A stretch of 37,171 nucleotides of DNA. It comes from an uncultured Vicinamibacteraceae bacterium (GTDB lineage: Bacteria; Acidobacteriota; Vicinamibacteria; Vicinamibacterales; UBA8438). The stretch lies in contig CAZPZZ010000004.1 in assembly GCA_964591245.1 (NCBI GenBank), positions 1,079 to 38,249 on the forward strand, given 5' to 3'. The translations under genes were made by a program, and so were the position numbers. The notes under the pieces were generated by a model. The model searched no databases, was not told the origin of the DNA, and worked only from the letters and a program-made list of their open reading frames with translations. The first letter of the stretch is position 1; each line of letters begins with the position of its first letter. Positions 29,879 through 37,171 of the stretch are shown piece by piece.

Positions 29879-30379
29879 GTGATGAACGGCACGATGATGC
29901 GCCTCTGGGCCGGCCTTTTCGTGCTCGTGGTTTTCGTGGGCGGACTCGCCGCTGGATTCGTTGTTCGTCCCATGCTCTCAAGCGCCTTCTCCTATAGAAG
30001 TCCCCGGCCTGCCTTCGAGCCCGGGCCACGATTTGCTCGTGGGCCACGAGGTGCTCGTCGGCCACGAGTCACAGAGCGCTTACTCGACCGGATCGCGACG
30101 CAGATCGCCCTGACCCCAGATCAGCGTCAACAACTCGAAGCAGTATTTGAAAACCGCCGGCAACGGTTCCGAAGACTCGACGAGGACATTCGTCGGCAAT
30201 TCGAGACCGAGCAAGAGCAGATGACAATGGATATCGCAACAATCTTGACCGCCGAGCAAATGGAAGTCTTCGAGAACGAAATCATCCAGATGCGGCGTGA
30301 TCGTCGCCGCCCTGAACGATTCCGCGGTCCCCCGCAACGACCGGAAGAATCACGTAGGCCTCCACCGTGGTTCCGCTGA
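29879..30379 (+). CDS. Spy/CpxP/ZraP-like periplasmic LTxxQ protein
   Basis: N-terminal TM; LTPDQ and LTAEQ motifs flanking a charged helix; Arg/Pro-rich tails. Confidence 0.75.
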   Translation: MMNGTMMRLWAGLFVLVVFVGGLAAGFVVRPMLSSAFSYRSPRPAFEPGPRFARGPRGARRPRVTERLLDRIATQIALTPDQRQQLEAVFENRRQRFRRLDEDIRRQFETEQEQMTMDIATILTAEQMEVFENEIIQMRRDRRRPERFRGPPQRPEESRRPPPWFR

Positions 30380-30649
30380 CTTCTCAGGCACAGATCCCCC
30401 CCATGAGCACACTCCATACGGGAAAAGCGGGCCCGTCAAGGCCGTCTCCCATTACTGCCCACGCAAACTGATCCTCACGGCCATGTTTCAGGCTCTTCCA
30501 TTTCCTGTACCAGACAACGATCTGACAGGCTTGACGTCCGGATGTGTTTGCCGGTGCAACGCGCGAGACATAGTCACGTGGTACATTGACGTCGCCACGC
30601 AGCATGCGTGGTGCCGCTGGTGGCTCTCAACACTGTGAGACAAACTCGT

Positions 30650-31630
30650 ATGACGGAACGCAAAACCGGACTTGCCGTAGAACAGGAACTGATTTCACCG
30701 CTACTCATGAGGTTCCGGCTGCAACCCGAACCCGGGAGTCCATTTCACAACTACACAGCGGGGCAATACATCGCCTTGCGCCGGGACGATTGTAAGTTGA
30801 CACGTAAGACCGGATTCGCGCCAGACGGAAAAGCCACCTACGAACCAGAACTCGATCCGTGGGGACGACAAACGCTCGGCCCCGTGACCCATGCATACTC
30901 GATTGCCTCTGCCCCTTCTGAGACCGCTGAGTTTGGGTGGCTCGAGTTCCTCGTGGCACTCGAATACGGCATCCATGGCCTACCTGGACGACTGAGTGAA
31001 GCGCTCTTTGGAATGAACGACGAGGCCGGTTGCGAAGTATCGTACATGGATCGCTTCGCAGGCGATTTTACGCTCGAAGCGAGAGTAAAACAGGCCGAGA
31101 ACGTCTTGATGGTCGGCACCGGTACGGGCGTGGCACCATTTGTCTCAATGATGAAGGAACTGCACGCGCGGGCGGACCCGGGAAACGACCGCCGGTATAC
31201 ACTGGTCCATACGCATCGCACCGAGGCAGAACTCGCCTATCACAAAGCACTCTTCGACATCGAAGTCGCCGGTCGGGTCGACTTCGTGTACATACCGACG
31301 CTCAGCCGCCCCACGGCCACAACCGCGACGGGCCAGCGGGTCGGCCAAGGACGCGCGAGCAACGTCATTCGACACCTTTACGACTTGCCAACGACGGAAC
31401 AGGACAAACTCGCCAACGCCCGCGGCGAAGTCGCCGTCGCTGCCGCCAACTTGGCCCTCGAACGTCTGGTGCATCCCGTCCTCCCCAACCATCTATCGAC
31501 GTCAGAACTGAAGACTCGCATCGAACCAAGTCAGTCGGTTCTCCTCGCCTGTGGGAACCCGGCGTCCATGGCCGACCTCCAGTCCACGGCGGCGCACCTG
31601 GATCTACGGTGTGAACAGGAAGCCTGGTAG
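30650..31630 (+). CDS. Ferredoxin/flavodoxin-NADP+ reductase-like flavoprotein
   Basis: AGQYIAL, AYSIAS, GRLS, MVGTGTGVAPFVSM, LSR, CGNP, terminal Trp. Start 30650 or 30608. Confidence 0.82.
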   Translation: MTERKTGLAVEQELISPLLMRFRLQPEPGSPFHNYTAGQYIALRRDDCKLTRKTGFAPDGKATYEPELDPWGRQTLGPVTHAYSIASAPSETAEFGWLEFLVALEYGIHGLPGRLSEALFGMNDEAGCEVSYMDRFAGDFTLEARVKQAENVLMVGTGTGVAPFVSMMKELHARADPGNDRRYTLVHTHRTEAELAYHKALFDIEVAGRVDFVYIPTLSRPTATTATGQRVGQGRASNVIRHLYDLPTTEQDKLANARGEVAVAAANLALERLVHPVLPNHLSTSELKTRIEPSQSVLLACGNPASMADLQSTAAHLDLRCEQEAW

Positions 31631-31833
31631 CGTAAGACGCGGTGAATTCGCATGGAGACACCTGGGGACTTCACGTCTTCGCGAGACTGACCAGAGGACG
31701 TCCTCACGAAAACCACACGGTCACGGCAGAGCCCACAACAGAGCCACGATCAATTTTTTGGGTATAAAGCCGGCCCCCAATGGAACCGCCGTAACTGGTA
31801 CAGAACGACGGGGTCATCCCGATCGCAGAATAC

Positions 31834-32265
31834 TTATGTGGAAAACGTGACCGTGTCGGTGATCTGCAAACCGTGCTCGAGGGTCTTATGTACTGGACAT
31901 CGGCGAGCAACTTGCAGCAATTGGTCGCGCTCAACCGAGGTCAAATCTCCGTAGACGGTAATCTGACTCTCGATCTGGTTGACCAGCCCATCTGGACGTC
32001 CGTCGCAGTTGACACAATCGTCTGAGTGCACCCTGTCGCACTCTAGGATGACATCGACACCTGCCAGTGGAATATTTTTCTGCGTCGCATAGAGACGCAA
32101 CGTCATGGCCATACACGCGGCAAAGCTACCAAGCAGAAACTCGTAGGGAGTTGGCCCACTGTTCGCGCCACCCGCCTCCGGCGGCTCATCGCTCCGCCAG
32201 AGAAATTGGCGAGATCGGATATCGACCGCGGTACCGCTCTTCAGCGAGGCTTTGATCGTCGCCAT
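31834..32265 (-). CDS. OsmC/YhfA family protein
   Basis: DEP, GPTPYEFLLGSFAAC, RCPVHKTL, extra CVNC. Confidence 0.9.
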   Translation of the reverse strand: MATIKASLKSGTAVDIRSRQFLWRSDEPPEAGGANSGPTPYEFLLGSFAACMAMTLRLYATQKNIPLAGVDVILECDRVHSDDCVNCDGRPDGLVNQIESQITVYGDLTSVERDQLLQVARRCPVHKTLEHGLQITDTVTFST

Positions 32266-32558
32266 AATGGCTTCTTCTCAAATAAGGCCAGCCCCGAGCA
32301 CTCTGACTCGATGCCCTAACGTAACCGGCACCACCACAACGGCAACGACTACATGGGCGACAACAAGACCGCATGACACACCCCGTGCGGCAAGCCCGGA
32401 GCGCCAGTATACAAGGATTCACAACTTGTCTCTTGGACAAGACTGGCCCTCCGAGCGATGTCCTGCACCTCTGGTCTGTTGAACAGTACCTACCGATAGA
32501 ATCACCGGCGCGGTGACGGTCCCAGGCTCAGACAAACAGGAAACTCAATTACTCCCAC

Positions 32559-33410
32559 TCACTCGCGCACGGTAAGACGAACGTTCAATGCCATGGTCTG
32601 GCCACGACGCACGTCAACGTCGGTTACGTACGTGTGGTGACCTTCACTCCGCACTTCCAATCGATGACGCCCCTCACCAACCACAAGCTCAAGCAGTTCC
32701 CCATCCGAACTAAGCCACTGTTCTCCGTCAACGAAGACAAGAGCCCCGAATGGCTGCACGCGGATGGCCAAGGTTCCGAATCCGGCGTTCTCGGCAACCT
32801 CAACCGTCGACTGCCTGGTCGTCACCGGAAGCGGCCGACCAGACAAGGGCTGCAGAGCATTGTTCTCAGTCTCCATTGGCTCTGGCGGAACCGGTGGTGA
32901 GGGATTGGCCTCACCTGGCACCAAACGTTCCATCTCATGCTTGATGTGATACGTCGACCCGATCGCCAGGTAGAAGCGCTCCTCCACTCCCCGATAGCCC
33001 GGATGCCGAAGGGAAATCTCGTGCTCACCCGGCGGTAAATGGAGGCGCTGAAAAAATCCATCGTAGCTGTCGACGACCCCGGCGTAATAGCCGTCAACGT
33101 AGACCTCTGTTTCTACGGGTTTCGTCTCGATTCGGACAGAACCGACCTCGCGAGCCAGAGCCCCATAATGCGGATATGGCCGCCAAAAATCGTAAAACGG
33201 ACTGTAATAGTAGGGGCTGTAAAAGCCAACTCGCGGGCCTGACCACACTCTGGTGTACAGCCGCCGCGCAGGCCTTACGTGGGAGACTGGCGGTCGACTC
33301 GGACGCCGTACAGCCCGACGACGTTGAGCATCAACCTCGACCATCCACCCTGACATCACCAGCCCCGCGACGATGCAGCTCGCACTAATCAGTTTTTTGG
33401 CAACAGACAC
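32559..33410 (-). CDS. Secreted protein with two PEGA domains
   Basis: GTG 33410 is 6 nt after AAGGAGG; signal peptide, Arg- and Tyr/Pro-rich region; VYVDGYYAG..LPPGEHEI and VFVDG..GRHRLEV. Confidence 0.85.
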   Translation of the reverse strand: MSVAKKLISASCIVAGLVMSGWMVEVDAQRRRAVRRPSRPPVSHVRPARRLYTRVWSGPRVGFYSPYYYSPFYDFWRPYPHYGALAREVGSVRIETKPVETEVYVDGYYAGVVDSYDGFFQRLHLPPGEHEISLRHPGYRGVEERFYLAIGSTYHIKHEMERLVPGEANPSPPVPPEPMETENNALQPLSGRPLPVTTRQSTVEVAENAGFGTLAIRVQPFGALVFVDGEQWLSSDGELLELVVGEGRHRLEVRSEGHHTYVTDVDVRRGQTMALNVRLTVRE

Positions 33411-33459
33411 CAATACCCTCCTTGCAAGCGCGTTGCTCGCGCTCTGCAATTGCAGATAG

Positions 33460-33475
33460 TGCAAACAGCGTTCCG
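33460..33475 (-). promoter_or_regulatory. Sigma54 (-24/-12) promoter
   Basis: Minus-strand CGGAACG-CTGT-TTGCA: exact GG-N10-GC spacing, 50 nt upstream of the PEGA start. Confidence 0.6.
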
Positions 33476-33795
33476 AAAAGCATTCGCCAGCGCGATGGTC
33501 CGAATCTGCTCACAAACACTCCGCGCACGTGGACTTGAGCCCGCCCGACCACTGCACAGTCCCCCTTCTCCGATGGAGTCAACAGACCCGGTTGTCACTT
33601 TCCCAGGCACGCACCTGTCCTCTCTCTGTGACACGGTCACGTGTGGGTAAGGCCGGACCGGATGTTGCGCGCCACCACGACAACAGAAGTTGGTTCCTGA
33701 AGATTCAGTGGACGCCGACGTACGCCGGGCGAAGGGTGATACGAATGGTGTGAGAGGGGTGGGCCTATCGTCGTCCCGAAACCTACCGCGCCTCG

Positions 33796-34833
33796 CTACG
33801 TCAGAGACCTTGCATCCGGCATTTCTCGCTGCTGACGGGCGAAGGCACGCAAATCGGCAACCTGGTCGAATTCATCAACGATCTCGCGACCGAGGATCTC
33901 CTCGAGCACATCTTCGAGCGTGACGATACCGCTGATGCTTCCAAACTCGTCGGTCACGACCATCAAATGCTGACGCTGCTCGAGCGCAGTCCGGAGCAGG
34001 TAATCCAACTTCGCCGTTTCGACCACGAAATGCACCGGTCTCATCAACTGGTCGAGTGTCGTGTCGAACTCGTCTTTCGCAGCCGCACGAAGAATGTCAC
34101 GCCGATACACGATACCAACGATGTCATCTGGATTCTCGTCGTAAACGGGAACCCGACTATGTTGGAGTAGTTGCTCCTCGCTAGCCGCGTCAACCAGACT
34201 CGTACCAGTCTGCAAGGTAAACAACACTGTACGAGGGGTCATGATCTCCGCAGCCGTTTTCGCATCAAGCGCCAGCACGTTGCTAATCACGTCGGCCTCG
34301 TGAGGCTGGAAATCTCCGGTACTCAGCCCCCGCCGCACCATCAGCAGAAGATCCTCATCCGAAACCCGTTCGTTCTGGTGGCCTGCGGCCACCAATCGAG
34401 TCACCAGGCGGCTGAGCCAAATGATCGGCGTACAGATGAACACTAACGCCATTAACGGGCGCGCTATGGGACCTGAGAGTTGCCTGGCATAGATCACGCC
34501 GGCCGTCTTCGGGATAATCTCCGAAACAAGCAGAATCGCCAGGGTAAAGGCCGCAGAAAAATAGCCGATCCAGATCGAGCCGAAAACGTTGGACGCAATA
34601 GCACCGGCCAGCGCAGCCCCACCCGTATTAGCAACCGTATTTAGCGACAGTATGGCCGCAATGGGCCGGTCGACATGCGAGCGCAGAACTCGCAAAATCG
34701 GGCCGCTCGGTTTCCCAGCTCGCTCCAGCGCGTCGATTTGCGAGAGCGGTACCGAATAGAGAACCGCTTCAAAAAGTGAGCAGGCCGCAGAAGTCAGCAC
34801 CACCAGCGCGACGACAACAGCGAGTTCAAGCAT
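33796..34833 (-). CDS. CNNM/CorC-TlyC family protein (DUF21 + CBS pair)
   Basis: CSLFEAVL, ILSLNTVANT, SEIIPKT, IMTPR, HSRVPVY, DEFG, GIVTLEDVLEEILGREIVDEFD. Confidence 0.92.
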   Translation of the reverse strand: MLELAVVVALVVLTSAACSLFEAVLYSVPLSQIDALERAGKPSGPILRVLRSHVDRPIAAILSLNTVANTGGAALAGAIASNVFGSIWIGYFSAAFTLAILLVSEIIPKTAGVIYARQLSGPIARPLMALVFICTPIIWLSRLVTRLVAAGHQNERVSDEDLLLMVRRGLSTGDFQPHEADVISNVLALDAKTAAEIMTPRTVLFTLQTGTSLVDAASEEQLLQHSRVPVYDENPDDIVGIVYRRDILRAAAKDEFDTTLDQLMRPVHFVVETAKLDYLLRTALEQRQHLMVVTDEFGSISGIVTLEDVLEEILGREIVDEFDQVADLRAFARQQREMPDARSLT

Positions 34834-34892
34834 GACTGACTCTATGACCAGAAAGCGGACGGGACGTGGCCTACCACCACGCCCCATCAACG

Positions 34893-35825
34893 CTACTGCG
34901 GGGTTTCGAGAAACCGCAACAACTCACTATCCGTCCCCAGAATAAAAAACGTACTGGGATCCATCGTTCGTTCGTAGGTCTCAAGGGATTTTGTGAATGC
35001 GTAGAACGCTGCGTCGCGCCCATACGCCTCGGCGTAGATTTGGGTTGCCTCCGCGTCAGCGTCTCCGCGCAACCCTTCGGCCGCCCGAAAAGCCTCCGAC
35101 TGGATTCGCGCCAAATCGCGTTCCCGTTCGCCCTCAATCCTTGCAGATTCCCCCTGTCCCTCGGAGCGGAACTCCTCGGCGATACGCTGGCGTTCCGCAA
35201 TCATCCGCGCAAAGACATCTTGCTGGACATCAGCAATGTAATTGATCCGCTTGAATTGAAGGTCCAGTAGTTCAATCCCAAGCTCTGAGACCGCCGCGGC
35301 GGCCGCCTCGAGAATCTCACGCGTGATCGCCTCGCGGCCAGTCATGATAGGTACGAGCCGCTCATCTCCCTCGCCAGCGACGGCACCTATATTCGTTGGT
35401 TCACGATTGCTCGTGCGAACAATTTCAATGAGATCGTGACGGGCCACGGCGTTTCGAGTCTCCCCATCAAGAATGTCATCTAGTCGCGATTGGGCGCCAC
35501 GTTCGTCACGGAGTCGCTGAAAAAAGAGAAGCGGGTCAGTGATACGCCACCGAGCGTAGGTATCGACCCAGATGAATCGCCGATCTCTGGTCGGAACCTG
35601 ATTGGGATAACCATCCCACTCAAGAAACCGTTTCTCGAACATGTTCGCGGTCTGGATGAACGGCAGCTTGAAATGGAGACCAGGCTCTGTCACCGGTTCT
35701 CCGACGGGTTCACCGAACTGAGTGATGATCGCCTGGTTAATTTCGCTCACAGTGTAGACTGAACCGCCAGCCAACGCGATGGAGACGATCGTAGCGACCA
35801 AAGTAAGTGATTGAAAAGCTCTCAT
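34893..35825 (-). CDS. hflC: FtsH protease modulator HflC
   Basis: QFGEP..PGLHFKLPF, WRITDP, RMIAER, RSEG, FYAFTKSLETY. Confidence 0.93.
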   Translation of the reverse strand: MRAFQSLTLVATIVSIALAGGSVYTVSEINQAIITQFGEPVGEPVTEPGLHFKLPFIQTANMFEKRFLEWDGYPNQVPTRDRRFIWVDTYARWRITDPLLFFQRLRDERGAQSRLDDILDGETRNAVARHDLIEIVRTSNREPTNIGAVAGEGDERLVPIMTGREAITREILEAAAAAVSELGIELLDLQFKRINYIADVQQDVFARMIAERQRIAEEFRSEGQGESARIEGERERDLARIQSEAFRAAEGLRGDADAEATQIYAEAYGRDAAFYAFTKSLETYERTMDPSTFFILGTDSELLRFLETPQ

Positions 35826-36856
35826 TGGCCACCTCCTGCACGCGTCGCCGAATCAACCAATGGAGCCATCGCCGTTCGCGCCCCGCCGTCGAGTGAGAGA
35901 AGCGGTAACACGCCGGTCGCGCCCTCGGCGACGTACACCTTCCGACCGACGGAGGGGAGAATTCGTTGCATCGTTTCGAGATAGAGCCGTCGACGGGTGA
36001 CCGCCGGGGCCTGGCGGTACGCGGCCTCGACCGTGGAGAAACGTGACGCTTCCCCCTCAGCACGGTTGACACGATCCAAGGCATAACCCTCGGCCTGCAG
36101 GATCGTCTGCTCCGCTTCACCGCGCGCTCGAGGGATGACCGCGTTGTATTCGGCGAGAGCCTCGTTGATGAGCCTGTCTCGCTGTTGCTGGGCCTGACTC
36201 ACCTCATCCCACGACGGTTTCACCGGATCGGGCGGGTTCACGTCTTGCAAGACCACCTGGTCGATGGCAATACCCATCTGGTATTGGTCCGTCAGAGCCT
36301 GCAAGCGAGCCTCGACGGCAGTCTCAATTTCCTGGCGTCCGACCGTCACGACCTCAGTAACAGTCCGATCCCCGACCGTTTCACGCATGACCGCCTCGTT
36401 CATGGCACGGAACGTCTCTTCGAGATTCCGTACTTTAAAGAGGTACTCGTATGGATCGTCAACCCGATATTGGACAATCCATTCAACGACCGCCACGTTG
36501 AGGTCGCCGGTCAACATAACTGATTCATCGCCGATCTGCTGCTGCTGCCCCGCGTACTGGGTGCGGATGCCTGCATCAACGGTGCGGAAACCAAATTCTT
36601 GCTTGAGTTGTCGCTGTACGGGAACCCGCTGCATCACTTCTACAAACGGAATCTTGAAGTGCAGACCAGGCTCAGTGGTACGGGAGTACTTCCCAAAGCG
36701 GAGCACCACACCAACCTCTTCCGGCTCAACCTGGAAAGCAGTGCCGGCCGCCGCGACCAGCGCAACAATCGCAACCACTCCGATGGCCGCATTGCGCCAG
36801 GGAATCTTGGGCACCCTGAACTGACTCACGTCAACGACGCGAAAATTGTCATCCAT
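35822..36856 (-). CDS. hflK: FtsH protease modulator HflK
   Basis: GVVLRFG, MLTGDLN, LQDVNPP, IPRARGEA, AEGEASRF, RLYLETM; AAGGAG RBS. Confidence 0.94.
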   Translation of the reverse strand: MDDNFRVVDVSQFRVPKIPWRNAAIGVVAIVALVAAAGTAFQVEPEEVGVVLRFGKYSRTTEPGLHFKIPFVEVMQRVPVQRQLKQEFGFRTVDAGIRTQYAGQQQQIGDESVMLTGDLNVAVVEWIVQYRVDDPYEYLFKVRNLEETFRAMNEAVMRETVGDRTVTEVVTVGRQEIETAVEARLQALTDQYQMGIAIDQVVLQDVNPPDPVKPSWDEVSQAQQQRDRLINEALAEYNAVIPRARGEAEQTILQAEGYALDRVNRAEGEASRFSTVEAAYRQAPAVTRRRLYLETMQRILPSVGRKVYVAEGATGVLPLLSLDGGARTAMAPLVDSATRAGGGQ

Positions 36857-36982
36857 GCAGCTTCTCCTTCTCTACCAACGGGGACGCTAGGCACATCCTC
36901 TTCTGAGGAAATCTGTACCTCTTAGTACTTTAGCGCGATTCAGGCCGCCGCTGTTCCCACACCGCGCACAATCTGACTCGCA

Positions 36983-37009
36983 GTGACCACGTCGACCGAA
37001 AACAGGTTC
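36983..37009 (-). promoter_or_regulatory. Putative ECF promoter of hflKC (GAACCT-N16-GTCAC)
   Basis: Same GAA-to-GTC spacing as the 28603 element and a shared spacer 11-mer. Confidence 0.4.
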
Positions 37010-37112
37010 ATCTCAGGGAGTCCCGCTTCAGCCCCCCAAGGCGTCACGGCGTGTGGTGAGACACGTGGAGCACAAGTCCTCTGCGGGTCCCGCCGCGCCA
37101 CCTGGGGTACTT

Positions 37113-37171
37113 CTATTTCTTGGTGAACCGATCCCAGTCACGGGCCGTACCTGGTTCACGATCGGTCTGCA
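37113..37171 (-). CDS. Possible 3' end of an upstream CDS (partial)
   Basis: Open frame ...QTDREPGTARDWDRFTKK* running in from the window edge; too short to verify. Confidence 0.25.
   Translation of the reverse strand, partial: QTDREPGTARDWDRFTKK

Noticed and set aside
32186-32440. Cys-rich 84-aa ORF, and a Val-rich frame ending in an in-frame TGA five codons before osmC (possible readthrough or selenocysteine)
   Set aside because: No RBS. A TATACT -10 at 32406-32411 suggests this is the osmC leader, OsmC is complete without an extension, and I saw no SECIS-like hairpin.

Overview
A GC-rich (roughly 60%), densely coding bacterial chromosome segment with about 34 CDS. I found no rRNA, tRNA, CRISPR array or mobile element. 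The gene families suggest Acidobacteriota (Vicinamibacteria-like); this is an inference. Most products are exported or envelope proteins. Recognisable blocks: three PQQ-type beta-propeller dehydrogenases (one with an N-terminal cytochrome c); a tandem pair of uncharacterised 'EYACHEGNY' paralogs; PDZ plus lytic transglycosylase; TlpA lipoprotein; KdsC-like HAD; a complete moxR-DUF58-X-batABCDE operon; an ECF sigma/zinc anti-sigma/LTxxQ triad; FNR-like reductase; OsmC; a PEGA protein with a sigma54-type promoter; and hflK-hflC-CNNM. The best candidate for an undescribed system is 22.7-28.4 kb. It encodes a secreted cytochrome c fused to a PHM/DBH-like two-copper monooxygenase retaining all six Cu ligands, a co-oriented partner with vicinal cysteines, a divergent twin-arginine ICL/PEP-mutase-family enzyme with a non-canonical catalytic loop, and an atypical quinohemoprotein. 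Together these could form a periplasmic oxidation/hydroxylation/cleavage pathway. All functional calls come from motif reading; no database searches were run.
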